A stretch of DNA of 64,000 nt from Calcarisporiella thermophila CBS 279.70 (taxonomy: Eukaryota; Fungi; Calcarisporiellomycota). The position numbers were made by a program, and so were the translations under genes. The notes under the pieces were generated by a model. It made no database searches. It was not told the DNA's origin and was given only the letters and a program-made list of their open reading frames with translations. Shown one piece after another: positions 26,172-37,670 of this stretch. Position 1 is the stretch's first letter. Each line of letters begins with the position of its first letter. Location: assembly GCF_041956535.1 (NCBI RefSeq), contig NW_027192197.1, forward strand, positions 889,647 to 953,646. Direction: 5' to 3'.

Positions 26172-26975
26172 CTAGAGCTGGTTCTCGGTAATGGTGATCA
26201 TATTCCGGAGCATGTGTCCGTTGCCATGTCGAATTTCTCTAAGGATCTCTGCCTCCGGCACCATGTCGGCCTCATCCCCCTCCTTCAACTCGACAAAGCT
26301 GGCCTGCAACTGCTCCCACTCTGCGCCATCCTCGCGCAGCTGCCTCACCACTTGCTCGATGTTATTCTTGACGTTGATCCAGATGACGGGCACCGACTTG
26401 CGCACCGACGCGGTCACCTCGACCACGTGCTCGGACAGAGCGTCGTCCAACTTTTGCGTGAGAAAGTCGGCGTTCCGGCGCAGGCAGTCTTGCGGGGTCG
26501 ACGTCGGGCTCTGGGTGGGAGGGCAGTGGGCCAGCAGCAGATTCTCGATGGATTGCGCCAGTGGGGTGGTGTAGAGGGGCGAATTGGCAAGCACAAGCGG
26601 GATCTCGTCCTTGACGTAAGTGTCGACCGCCCCGGCCAGCTGTTTTGAAAACACCTCGAGGTCCACATCGCTGCCTCGCTCGAAGTCCATTGATGACGAG
26701 TCTCCAGATCCGCCAACATCGTTGCTGCCGAAGCTCGAGGGTGAATAAGCGATCTGGATGGCATTGCGGAAATGCGTCCCGATGCGGTTTGTTGTCTTCG
26801 TCAGAATGGTCTCGAGCGACTCGTGATAATGATTAGCAATGTAGGAGGCCAGCTGGTGGGTATCGAATGGGCGGTGCGGATGGGGGGCATTGTCGGAGAG
26901 GTCGAAGGAGGAGGCTGGGAATGCTGAGCAGAGGGCAGCGAGGATGGGGATGGCGAACAACAGGGCGGGTTTCAT
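26172..26975 (-). CDS. Secreted, probably helical protein of unknown function
   Basis: Intronless GC3-rich ORF; signal peptide MKPALLFAIPILAALCSA; one Cys pair (HCPP...QDCL). Confidence 0.7.
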   Translation of the reverse strand: MKPALLFAIPILAALCSAFPASSFDLSDNAPHPHRPFDTHQLASYIANHYHESLETILTKTTNRIGTHFRNAIQIAYSPSSFGSNDVGGSGDSSSMDFERGSDVDLEVFSKQLAGAVDTYVKDEIPLVLANSPLYTTPLAQSIENLLLAHCPPTQSPTSTPQDCLRRNADFLTQKLDDALSEHVVEVTASVRKSVPVIWINVKNNIEQVVRQLREDGAEWEQLQASFVELKEGDEADMVPEAEILREIRHGNGHMLRNMITITENQL

Positions 26976-28049
26976 TGGGCCAGATTCCCGAGCACACCGG
27001 ATGGAATGGAGAGGATGGAGGGCGAGGGGCGAAGCAAACTGATAAACAGACTGGAGCGAGAGCAAGAGGGCTGGCGAGTGGATAAGCGCTAGCAAAATAA
27101 TAGGCGATTGTCATCTCGGTATCGCTCGAATCGAAACGGTGTGTAACCAGCCCGAAGGTTGCATGCCTCCTCAGCTTCCCCATTTGGCCGCAATCCGGGT
27201 CCCGCGAGACTGAGTGTCATATTTTTAGAAAACCGAGGACCGGGCCACGGCCAGAGGCCGCTGCGCTTTGTCAGGCCGGCAAACAGGATCGCCGGGGAGC
27301 TGAGCCGGGCTTCCCGCGAGATATGCAGCTGCGCTTTCTCATTGTTTTCCCCCCTCCCGCTTTGCCCAAGCCGCCCTCCTTGCCTTGATCTCTGCTCGGG
27401 GCCAGAGCTATCGATGAGGGGGCTTTTCTGCCCGCGCTTTTCGCCGCCCGTCAGATCGATAGCGTCGATCTCACCGGTGCTACCCTCCCTCACACCATTC
27501 AATCGTGCGGCGGCCCAACTCGTGCTTGTGGATGATTAAGCGTTTTCGGAAAAGTGTTGAGCTGTTGAGTTGTTACTCAACCGCCCCCCGGCCTATGGGC
27601 GCGGGAGTTGGGGAGGTTCCAGGAAAATCTCCCTCTATGGCCCGACACTGGCGGCCGCAGCAGGGGGGATCCGGATCCCATTTTTGATCTACCTCAGCTT
27701 GATGCGGTTTGGCAAGAGGTTGGCGGCGGCGCACACACCACCGCAAACAAAGTTTATTGCGTTTTAGATCGGTACAGGTTTCAGAATGATATAGCTTTTG
27801 TGCACGGGCGAACTCTTAATCAATCATCGCCTCCAAGCATATTATTAAATTCGAATCTTCCTCAATCCGTCCCATCATCTGCCACTTTTCCCCACCCCCT
27901 CTTCCAAATCCGTGCTCTTCCTCCCCTCCCATTCCTTCCCCCCCCCCTCCCCCCGCCTTCTCGCCTTCCTCCCCTTATACCCCCTCCATCACGCTCATTT
28001 CTCTCTTTCCTATCATTGCGGCAAGCGGCCCCTCCTATCTAGTTCGACT

Positions 28050-29929
28050 ATGCGGATCCTACAAGTTGCATTGGTTGCCCTGCTAATCTTCGCGTGTGTC
28101 TGCGCTGCAGATGTCGCATCCTTCAACCTGCCTAGGACTCAGGCCTCCTCTTCCGTTATTGGGTCGAAGATCTGGTTCTTCGGTATGATTACGATTGCGC
28201 GGATTTTCATTGCTTGATAGATGTTCCCAACGTCCCTCACCTCCTCTCTGCTTCCTTTGTTTTAGGCGGAACGGTGCCCAATTTAAACGAGACAAACAGC
28301 CTCTTTTCACTTGATATGAGTGCTAGCTTTTCGGGCGCATCTCCGCCATTTGTTGGTAATGATCTCGCGCAATCGACACTGGGCGGACCTCTCCCCCTCT
28401 CCAGTTGGCATACCGCAGTCAAACTCCCCGACTCCACCATGCTGGTCTATGGTGGAACTATGAATCCTAGCCTCAACTTCGTCTATCGCTTCGCCCCGAA
28501 GAGCAACACGTGGTCCGTGCTACGGATACAGGGCCAAACGCCGCAGCGGCGAAGGGAACATGCCATGGCGGCCCATCCACAAGACGGAAAGGTCTATATG
28601 TTTGGCGGGGCCATCACGGACCCCAACGGCCGAGTTGTTTCCTTCACAAGTGAGGTCTGGTGTCTGGACACCGTCGCAATGACGTGGGCGAATATCACCC
28701 CTCCCAGTGGTGGCCCTGGCCCCCTGGTGGACCACACCGCGACCATGCTGCCCGATGGCCGCGTGGTGATCCTTGGCGGAAGGACTAACACGCCCGAGGG
28801 CATCCAGCCCTTGAATAAGCTGTGGCTATTTGACACCACCAAGCTGGCGTGGCAGCTTGTTAATACGGGCGGAGCAGTGGTGCCCTCCGCAAGAGCCCAC
28901 CACACCGCGACCCTGGCCAACAACCAGGCCATTTACGTGTTTGGAGGCTCCGCCAACCCCGGCGCCTCGCAACTTTTGAACGATCTCGCCGTGCTCGACC
29001 TGAACACCTGGACCTGGGCCGTAATCCCGCCTCAGGCTGCGGCGCCCAGCCCACGAATTGGGCATTGTGCGGAGTTCTTTGCTGGCCAGCTGATGGTCGT
29101 GTTTGGGCAGGACCCACAACGCATTCTGACCGACGTGGCCGCGTACGTGTTCAATACCGAAACCATGCGGTGGGAATTGGGGTACGCCGCGCCATCCAGA
29201 TTGACCCCCTTGACGACCGAAGACGCTGCCGCGGGAGGTGCTGTCAATGTGGGTGCGATAGTTGGAGGAGTGGTGTGCGCGCTGGTCGTCGCCGGGGCTA
29301 TCGTAGGATGGGTGGTATATAAACGACGACGAGGCCAACCTACGTCTCCAAGCGAAAAATCGGCCCCCCAAGACTGGAGCACGATGCCCTCCCCCCATCT
29401 GTCGCGCAACCCCACCTCTGCATCGCTGATGAGTGCCGACGGGCTCGGTGGCCCAGGGCAGAGGCCCCGAAGATACGAGACGCTACGGCGGAAGCCCCCC
29501 AAGGTCGACGTGGTACGCCCTAGCCTTGAAATGCAGCATACATCCCACGGCGCCGACCCTTCCGCCGGCGGTCCCGAGAACGGCGTCGATATCGAAGCTC
29601 AGGCCGTGCGGACCTCGTCCACGTCGAGCTTCCTCCGGCTCGGCAACGCACTCTCCCTAGGCTTCTCGTCCCGCTCGTCGTCGGCTCCCTCGGAGAGGCA
29701 GTCTCAAAGGACGACCATCTCCTTCCTGCAGCTACCGGAATCCCTTGCCGAGAGACTCTCGCCCCACCCCCCGCCACGGCCCAACCCCGCGCCGACGCAG
29801 GCAGAAAGGGGGGGCGAGGGTGGGGTGCGAGAATCACGCATCAGGCTTCCCTCGCTAGGCTTTGGGAACCGATGGCATGGCTATCGCGGGGGAGGAGAGG
29901 GGTCGGACCTCCCTCCGCCCATGAGATAA
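28050..29929 (+). CDS. Type I membrane protein with extracellular Kelch beta-propeller
   Basis: Signal peptide MRILQVALVALLIFACVCA; one intron; Kelch repeats (HTA...YGG, HAM...FGG, HTAT...LGG, HTAT...FGG); TM helix VGAIVGGVVCALVVAGAIVGWVVY followed by KRRR; Ser/Pro-rich tail. Confidence 0.88.
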
Positions 29930-30280
29930 CGGGGCACCGCTCCTATGGCGGCTTATTGTTTTGTACTTTTACATCCCTCTCCCAGTTCTTGTTCTTCGCA
30001 TCGCTTTTTGAATTTCTGGAATCCAGTTGTACTCTATGCTCCCGCTCTCTCCTCCTGTTCCCCTCATCTGTAGCTTGTTTTTTACTAAATAAAACAAATA
30101 CAATTCATTATGCTCTTTATAAAACTTCACAGGTATACAAAGGGTGTCGTGCAGCTAATGAAACATTAATGTCAGCCTAGATGAACGAGCTAGAAAGCAA
30201 ACAGGTATGAAAAAGGCCATTGAAAAAATAAGTTAAAACGTGAGAGAGAAAGACGAGACAGGTGCACGTGTGTTTGTGTG

Positions 30281-30326
30281 GGTGGGTGTGAGGGGGGAGG
30301 GGAGGGGAGAGGGGAGAGGATGGGGG
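30281..30326 (+). other. G-run cluster (potential G-quadruplex) between convergent 3' ends
   Basis: gggtgggtgtgaggggggaggggaggggagaggggagaggatggggg contains at least six runs of three or more G. Confidence 0.35.
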
Positions 30327-31982
30327 CTATCTAAGTTTGGGCAAGATGGTTATGGGACGAGGGGGTTTCGAGGTGGCCGCGTTCCGCCCCTGGATCTCGC
30401 TCTCAGTTACCAATCCCTCCTTGACGAGCCCACCGAGGATCTCCTCCAGGATCCCCATCAACCTTCTCCCGTATCCGCAGCGCGGCATCGGGCTACGGTT
30501 CACCAGGTGATAAATGTGCACTAAGGCCTGGGCAGAAGCTCGGGCCGCCCCGCGGTCTGGGAGCGACAACGCGCACCTCCGCAAGGCCCGAATGGGGGTC
30601 GTGAAGGCTGAGACGACGAGGACGCCGCACCATCCGACCTCCTTCACGGCCAGCTCAAAAATCCGGATGATTTCGAACGCGCTGATCATGCACTCCTTCA
30701 GGACGACCGACTCCTCCAACCGGATGCGGGTTTGGAGCTCGGGCTGCAAGAGCCGCCACCACAGCTCCACACTATACGAGTAGTAGTCGATGTTGGCCGA
30801 ATAGCCCGCCTTGCGCCGGAGGTAAAGGCTCTCTCCCGCATACGGATCCCCGGCCCAGTAGTGCTGCAGAAGCGAGTTAATCTCCGCCACGGTGGTGAGC
30901 AGCTCCGCGTCCGAGCACAGGCTGGGATCCAGGTCGGTGAACTCGAGCAGTTGGGCCAGAACCCGCGTCTCTCGCACCATTTCGACAAGATTGGTGCGCA
31001 CCGCCTCAGACTCGTCCGGAAAGGCAGCGGGCGGGGTGACGTGCTGGATGGCGCGGGGGGAAATGTGCGGACACGCCCCCGCGTGCAACACCATGCGGAA
31101 ATCGAGCATGCACACGGTCCACCAAAGGCGGCGTCTAGCCTCCGCCCGAAACGGGTCCACCTCGTCGGGGTCCTCCCACTCGAGATCGATGGCGCGCGCC
31201 ATATTGGTCGCATGGGCAATGTACACCGACTGCGCCTCCCACTGCCCCTGGAGCGCAAGGAAGCAGGACAGGTTGATGAGGGCGAGAATGCCGTCCATCG
31301 AGGGCTCGTCGACCTCCAGGGCCTCCTTGGCCCGATCCAAGCATGCTATCGATATATCGCAGAGCAGGGTATCTCTTTTGCATATCTGAGGATGGCACAT
31401 ATATGCGTGGAGTGCGGCCCAGCCAAGGGCGGAGTAGAGGAGCGCTGGCTCGGTTTCGCCGTTGCGTAGGCGGTGGTAGAAGCCCTCGCGATCGACGGGT
31501 TGGTGGGCAAAGAAGCAGGGAGAAAGGTATATCTGCAGCAGCTGATCGGAAAGCCGTGATAGCAGTGGGCTGCAGTCCTCGTACTTCACGACCGTGGCTT
31601 CACTCTCCGCGATGCACTGCTTTGGAGCAAGACTCCGTAGAAAGACGGTGCATTGACGTGCGGGTTTCGAGTAATCTTTCTTGGTTTGCGGCGGAAGATG
31701 CTTGGACAGCAGGGTGTGTAGGTCGCTGATGGAGCGCAAATGCAGTTGAAAGCGTAGATCGAGCTTATTTCCTAGGTAGAGAACCGCCTTCTGCTCGTCG
31801 TCATTTAAGGAAATGGTAGAAGAGCTACTGCTGGATGGGGAAGAATGACTAGTCGGTTCATGGACGATGATCTGAATTTGGTCGATGGAGGATTCAAGCA
31901 GCCTGAGGTTTTTGGAAAGCTGTCTGAGTTGTAATGAGAGCCGCTCCACTGCTACGGGTTGTGAGGAGGGATCTAAGGCCAT
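30327..31982 (-). CDS. Fungal-specific transcription factor domain (Fungal_trans/MHR) protein with no Zn2Cys6 cluster
   Basis: ALLYSALGWAA, ILALINLSCF, AHATNMARAIDL, EARRRLWWTVCMLD; a possible tiny upstream exon (ATG near 32061) adds only four residues. Confidence 0.78.
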   Translation of the reverse strand: MALDPSSQPVAVERLSLQLRQLSKNLRLLESSIDQIQIIVHEPTSHSSPSSSSSSTISLNDDEQKAVLYLGNKLDLRFQLHLRSISDLHTLLSKHLPPQTKKDYSKPARQCTVFLRSLAPKQCIAESEATVVKYEDCSPLLSRLSDQLLQIYLSPCFFAHQPVDREGFYHRLRNGETEPALLYSALGWAALHAYMCHPQICKRDTLLCDISIACLDRAKEALEVDEPSMDGILALINLSCFLALQGQWEAQSVYIAHATNMARAIDLEWEDPDEVDPFRAEARRRLWWTVCMLDFRMVLHAGACPHISPRAIQHVTPPAAFPDESEAVRTNLVEMVRETRVLAQLLEFTDLDPSLCSDAELLTTVAEINSLLQHYWAGDPYAGESLYLRRKAGYSANIDYYSYSVELWWRLLQPELQTRIRLEESVVLKECMISAFEIIRIFELAVKEVGWCGVLVVSAFTTPIRALRRCALSLPDRGAARASAQALVHIYHLVNRSPMPRCGYGRRLMGILEEILGGLVKEGLVTESEIQGRNAATSKPPRPITILPKLR

Positions 31983-32225
31983 GCTATTAGTCTAAATGAA
32001 TGTTTTTTTTTCTGCGGTTGCTTGGCTCAGAGGCATCCGTTTCGATATATGAGCTCACCATGACTTGGCTTTTAAGATTCAGAGAAGGGGGGGCTATCTC
32101 AAAATTAAAGGTGAAGGATAGTCACGTACGAAGTTAGGAATTTGTTTTTCTAATTTATCGCCTTATCTTTATCCCCTCCCCCCCTCCCCTTTCGCCTTTC
32201 CTTGCGTGTATTCCAATCCTCTAGA

Positions 32226-32876
32226 ATGAGCGGAAAGAAAACGCCACAGCGCACTCGCCCCCGCCATTTCTCCATGGTGCGCGATTTCCATCTCGCCGAT
32301 ATCATTACGCTTCTTAATGGGATCTGTGGTTCACTCAGTATCTTCTCCAACATGAAATACATTCTTACCCGCGATCCTCACCAACTCTGGTTGGCCATGG
32401 CATTCATACCGTTCGGCTTTGCCTTTGATGTTCTAGACGGAAGAGTTGCACGCTGGCGCAAAAAGTCCTCACTCTTGGGACAAGAACTGGATTCCCTTGC
32501 CGATCTAGTCTCCTTCGGCGTTGCCCCTGCCGTGTGTGCCTTTGCGGTTGGAATGCGCACGTGGGCGGACACCCTCGTCCTTACTAGCTTCATCGCATGC
32601 GGAATCGCTCGCCTTGCCCGCTTCAATGCCACGGTTGCTGAGGCTCCCAAAGATCAAACAGGGAAGATCAAGTATTTTGAGGGGGTTCCGATCCCTTGCA
32701 ACATGTTCCTGGTTGGAATGCTCGCGTATTTTGTGCGGCGAGGATGGACTGAGGACCGACTTCCCGGAGGCGTTATCGAATGGGTTCCGGGATTTGAATT
32801 CCACGCTATGGTGCTAATATACGGCCTCATGGGAACAATGATGATCAGTAAAACATTACGTATTCCCAAGTTTTAA
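32226..32876 (+). CDS. CHO1: CDP-diacylglycerol:serine O-phosphatidyltransferase (phosphatidylserine synthase)
   Basis: HFSMVRDFHLADIITLLNG; CDP-alcohol phosphotransferase motif DVLDGRVARWR...GQELDSLADLVSFG; YFEGVPIP; ISKTLRIPK. Confidence 0.96.
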   Translation: MSGKKTPQRTRPRHFSMVRDFHLADIITLLNGICGSLSIFSNMKYILTRDPHQLWLAMAFIPFGFAFDVLDGRVARWRKKSSLLGQELDSLADLVSFGVAPAVCAFAVGMRTWADTLVLTSFIACGIARLARFNATVAEAPKDQTGKIKYFEGVPIPCNMFLVGMLAYFVRRGWTEDRLPGGVIEWVPGFEFHAMVLIYGLMGTMMISKTLRIPKF

Positions 32877-33281
32877 ACGCAAAAAAAAGGGATGCGTCCC
32901 TCCTATGGGACCCGTGTTTGGTGGTCGGGAGCGTCTTCACTTCCCTGTTGCTACGCGTTTCCCTTACTGTGAATGTGATTCTTCCTCTAGTATATGCTTT
33001 TTACTGACATTTTTCTTTCTGTATGGTTTATTTATTAACACTATTCTTTTACTGCACTTTTGGGAACCTTTTTTTTTTCGTTCTCTCCAAATTGCTCCAC
33101 CCCCTATCGCTATTTTTCTAATACTTCTATTAAAACGGATGATTATGGAATGCCAAGGGTTCTCATATAAATTGATTCGTTTCCATCCATTTTATTGTCA
33201 AGAGATAGGGAGTCAAAGGTGGACTAAATTATCAAGCAAGATACAACGTCTTTTTCACCTCCAGCCAGAGTGGCGAGTCGA

Positions 33282-33674
33282 TTACAGGACGAAAACGGCA
33301 GCCACGGCAGCAAGGCCCAACACGGCGCCCTCCATGCGAGAAGCACCGCTCGAGGCACCAGTGGGCTTGGGCGAGATGGAGGCGGAGGCCTTGCTTGCGC
33401 TAGCCAATGCACTGCTGGCAGAGCCAGCGGCAGAGGTGGCGGAGGCACCGGCGCTGGACGCACTCACGGAGGCAGAGGAGACGGAGGCGGCGGCAGATTC
33501 GGCGGAGGCAGAGGCTGAGGCGGCACCGGTGGGCAGGGTGGTGGCGGATGCGGTGGCAGGCGCGTCATCGCCCTTGGCGGCCGACTTCGAAGGCGCTGCA
33601 GAGGACTCGGTGCCCAGCGCCATGACGGCGAGGATGAGGGCGAAGCAAGAGACGAGGAAGAGAGCCAACTTCAT
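33282..33674 (-). CDS. Ser/Ala-rich, probably GPI-anchored surface protein
   Basis: Signal peptide MKLALFLVSCFALILAVMA, low-complexity S/A/T core, SSGA omega-like site and hydrophobic tail; TATA-like TATATAA near 33834. Confidence 0.8.
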   Translation of the reverse strand: MKLALFLVSCFALILAVMALGTESSAAPSKSAAKGDDAPATASATTLPTGAASASASAESAAASVSSASVSASSAGASATSAAGSASSALASASKASASISPKPTGASSGASRMEGAVLGLAAVAAVFVL

Positions 33675-35894
33675 TTTTGGAGTAGGATTAGAAGAGGGTT
33701 GCTAAGATTAGAAAATAATGGGTTGAGATTAGAGGTTAAGGATATGTAAGAGGGGGTTGGAGAGGAGATGTGGGGAAGATAGAGGGGAGGAGAACTGGCA
33801 CGGTGGGGAGGGGGAGGGGTGCCAGGCCATTCTTATATAACTCGCCAGGCTTTGTTGTTTTCTTTTTCGATGTTCAGTGATTTAGGCGTGTCGATCCATC
33901 GTGGACCAACCGCTCGTTTGCGAAATTAATGGCTTCGATGCTTGCAGCCATTATGCGGTTGCATCACAGGCCTCGCTGCTCGCCTGGAACCCTTGTTTGC
34001 AACCGCTTGGTGCATATTAGGCCTTTTTCGTGAGCAGAGAGTCGGTGAACCGGCTGGGAGCGGAAACAAGCTCGCGGCTAAACGATCCCTCCAAGCCGCC
34101 CCCCAAGGCCCCGCCGGCCACTCCCCAGCGCCGGGGCAAATGACGCAAAAACCGAGCCCACCGGGGCCAGGGCCACAAACGGCTTGGGGGGCGCATAGCG
34201 AGGGAGCCTCCAGTGTTTGTTTTGTTTCTGGCCCAGAAACGCGCGTGTGTAGCCTGTTTGTTGCACCAGACCTAAATCCCCTCTGATCATTCCACAGATT
34301 AATCAGGGGCAATGAAAACCGGTAGCCTCGCTTACCGCAAATAGAAATGCCCTCTCAGCCTGAGGACGAGCACGCCTGCGACCAACTTTGGCGGCCACCG
34401 TCTCTAAGCAATGAAACCCGTTCGCTGGGCGGGCCTTCCGCCTTTCCGTTTCCCGCCCGCACGCATCCACCGATCGGTCAGCGGCGACAGGGCTCCTGGG
34501 CGGCGACGGCCGGGCCTGGGAATGGGAGAAGTGCATAGATTCGAAATAAATACAGAAACTGGATATTGAGCAGAGTTGGCCGATCGGGTGCCCACAGGAG
34601 GGCGGGAGGGGGCCCGGTCTGGATGGCTCAGCAAGATAGTAGTGCATGGCATATATGCGGCGATCCGTACATCTCGATAACTAAAGGGCCACTGTCATTT
34701 ATTATATTGCGGGTTCTCGTTGAGATTTTCCTGGATGCATGTGTGTGCATGTTTAATTTTTCTGCATGTAGCCCTGCGACGCGCAAGGATAGACCGATTT
34801 TCTTCACAGAGAAATTGGGGGAAGGAAACCAGCTTCCGGGCGGGCTTCGCACAGGGCCGCTAGAGGAGGGAGGCGCTGCTGTTGGGCGCTAGCGCGGTTT
34901 GGTCGCCGTCCCCCACCGAGTCCACTCTTGCTTTACTCTCTAGGGCCTCCTATGGCACTCGCCCCGGAGGCTCGCTTTCCCCAGCTTGCTGAAGCCGCGT
35001 GGGAGAAACTCTGGCTCCAATATACCAGTGGAACCGCAAAGAGCTTGCGGTATCCCCCCCCTCCGCGCTGGTAGGCAAGCTTATGAGCATCCCAAACCTT
35101 GAAGGGATACAGGATCCTCGATTTTGGCCATTCCATCCACCAATCCAAATCGGGTGGCATTTTTGTGCCCGACTTCCAGTCCCCCGTCTTCTCGATTCGT
35201 AGGGATACGCGTCTTCCCGGCTTTCGAATCGCGTTTTCTGTTTCAAGGCATCGCAGAAGAATTCGCCACGATTGCTCCTCCTGCAGTATGCATGGTTTAT
35301 ATTAGACAGGTGCCGGAATACTTGCAATATTCACGCCGGATGGGGTTTGATGTTTCGAAGCGGCATTGCTGTGGCTCGATGGATATTGTCCTTGGCTCCC
35401 ATGGAAAAGGGCGGAGGGCTCTCTCTCTCTTTCTCCAAGACGCTCCTTGCGGAAGCGGGCCATGCCGGAGCAAATACCCCTCCCTTCCCGAGTGTAGCTG
35501 CCCATTCAATTCAATCAACGCGAATATTCTGCATGCGGCTCTTGAAAACTTGTTCAAAGCCCTACCCCCCCCTCCTCCTCCTCTATATCAATGCTCAAAC
35601 TTCTGAATAAAGTCGAACCTATTTGCTTGCATGCCTCTAGCCACTGAGAGTATTGAAAGAGAGGGGTGGGATGAGGAGCGGTTGGTCTGGGTGCGTTCCC
35701 ATAGCTTGGCATTATATCTCTAGGCAGTGAATCTTCTGTCTGGTCCGTGGAGGCATGTACTAAGAAGTAACAACTCTAACCCACTAGCAGCTCCTCAGTC
35801 GACATGTGACTGCCAATTTCACGAATCGTCAAAGATGGCCAACCTTTGATTATCGGTCGGGTTGATCGATGTTCGCAAAAGGCCTTTTGTGGGA

Positions 35895-37433
35895 ATGACC
35901 ACCCTTTCGCAGAATGACAGCATTGGAACCCCTTCTGGCACACTTGCCAATAATCCAGCGGTAGATGATGTAGATGATTCCGAGTCCACTCTTGCTGTTG
36001 CCAACGTGTCCCTCCCCCTCACTTCCCTCTCCTCGGATTGTGTCGATGATGCAACCATGTCGGCCACTCGCGATGATTTGGAAGGGGTGGATGAAGCCAA
36101 TACCCACGACGATGATGACGATGTCACTGGGGCAGAACAGAGAAGCAACTCTATTGCTGGATACGATGCCATCATTCAATATCTCAAGACGAAAAGCTAC
36201 CCCCCCAACTACACGAAGAAGGATAAAACCAAACTGCGAGTGAAATGCCAGCGGTACGTCCTTATTGGCGATCATCTCTTCTATCGCCCCTCGGATTCGT
36301 CCGATCCCCGACGTGAGGTCATGCCCGCAGACAGGCTCGAGATCATACGGGCTGTCCACGATGATCCCATGTCCGGTGCTCATTCTGGAATCAACAAGAC
36401 ATTCGATAGATTGAGCGCACGATACCACTGGAAGGGCATGTACGACGATGTGAGGCGATATGTGCAACAGTGCGAGATTTGCCAGCACCAGCGTGCCAAT
36501 ACTCAGGAAGGAATGCGCCATAACAGCAAGTGCCAATTGCCAGTCAAGTTCGAGCGCGCCTTTGCCCGCATCGGGGTTGATGTGCTTGGGCCATTTCCAC
36601 CGTCGGCCCGCAATAATCGGTACATTTTCATGGCGACCGACCAGCTAACCAAGTGGGCAGAGGCTACCGCCGTGCCCGAGATGACACCAGAGAGGATGGC
36701 GCGCTTTATTTTCGAGGAAATCGTATGCAGACACGGGTGCACCGAACTCATTCTGTTGCCAGAAGAGTTCTATCACGGTGTTCATGACCATGGCGGCGGG
36801 AGTCAAAACGGAGGGGGTTTCGGGCAGCGCGCTTTGCAAGCGCTACGAGAGATCCTTGGTCCTTCGGCCTCGGTGCATGCCGCTGAACACTCCGATATCT
36901 TCAATGTCGTTCTTCACAATCTCTTAAGCAAACTCGTGGTCGACTCACCGAATGACTGGGATGCATCCTTAGCATGGACTCTCTTTAATTACCGCGTGTC
37001 ACGACACGCAGCCACTAACGAGGAACCTTTCTTCCTCCTCTATGGACGACGCGCCACTTTCCCTTCTACTAGCGCCACCCCTATTGGGGAGGAGCTACCG
37101 AGTCAGCAACTTATGCTAACCCCCGAGGAGGGGCCTCATGTTTCCGCCCAACCCCCGCTGTTACCCACCACAGCTCTACCCTCTGCATCGGCGAACGTCT
37201 CAGACCCCCTTCAACAAATATACGCCATGCAGCTCGTGCGAACACTTGAGCACGTCCAGCTGGTGGCCCGTGCAAATGAAGTGAGATCTCGGAAGCGGCA
37301 AAAAATTGAAGGGCAATTACAGCAAGGTTGGGCGGATCGAATTATCAATGAGGTCGAGGGTGCAGAGCACTCCAATGTTTTGGTTCGGGAACATCGCAAA
37401 GGCGATGGGGTTGAATCTGTATCGGCGTTATAG
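35895..37433 (+). CDS. Stand-alone Gypsy/Ginger-type integrase-derived protein (H2C2 zinc finger plus degenerate rve core), probably domesticated
   Basis: IIRAVHDD...AHSGINKT...YHWKGMYDDVRRYVQQCEICQ; IGVDVLGPFP...ATDQLTKWAEA; FNYRVSRHAATNEEPFFLLYGR; no gag, protease, RT, LTR or TIR seen nearby. Confidence 0.85.
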   Translation: MTTLSQNDSIGTPSGTLANNPAVDDVDDSESTLAVANVSLPLTSLSSDCVDDATMSATRDDLEGVDEANTHDDDDDVTGAEQRSNSIAGYDAIIQYLKTKSYPPNYTKKDKTKLRVKCQRYVLIGDHLFYRPSDSSDPRREVMPADRLEIIRAVHDDPMSGAHSGINKTFDRLSARYHWKGMYDDVRRYVQQCEICQHQRANTQEGMRHNSKCQLPVKFERAFARIGVDVLGPFPPSARNNRYIFMATDQLTKWAEATAVPEMTPERMARFIFEEIVCRHGCTELILLPEEFYHGVHDHGGGSQNGGGFGQRALQALREILGPSASVHAAEHSDIFNVVLHNLLSKLVVDSPNDWDASLAWTLFNYRVSRHAATNEEPFFLLYGRRATFPSTSATPIGEELPSQQLMLTPEEGPHVSAQPPLLPTTALPSASANVSDPLQQIYAMQLVRTLEHVQLVARANEVRSRKRQKIEGQLQQGWADRIINEVEGAEHSNVLVREHRKGDGVESVSAL

Positions 37434-37670
37434 TCATTGCTATAATTTTTTTTTCCCAATAATTATCTTCATTTTATTCTCCATTAAATATTTTATTTCT
37501 TTCCCGACTCTCTTGTAATTTTCCCCATCCATAATCTCTTTATTGCTGTTATTTTTTCTTTGTACCATTGTTCAATTGACTGTTTATCTGGTTTTTTTTT
37601 CTTTATTATACATGTTTATCGCAGTGATTATTGCTACATTTCCCTATATCAGGTGATGGTTCCTGTAAGT

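Noticed and set aside
32905-33705. 266-aa plus-strand ORF
   Set aside because: Runs through T-rich 3'UTR sequence and antisense to the low-complexity GPI-protein gene.
33850-35800. Many overlapping 60-160 aa ORFs, or a possible LTR/gag for the integrase
   Set aside because: No domain motifs, consistent strand or terminal repeats seen; best read as a GC-rich divergent promoter region.
35850-36536. 228-aa minus-strand ORF
   Set aside because: Antisense to the integrase-derived gene; no independent coding signal.
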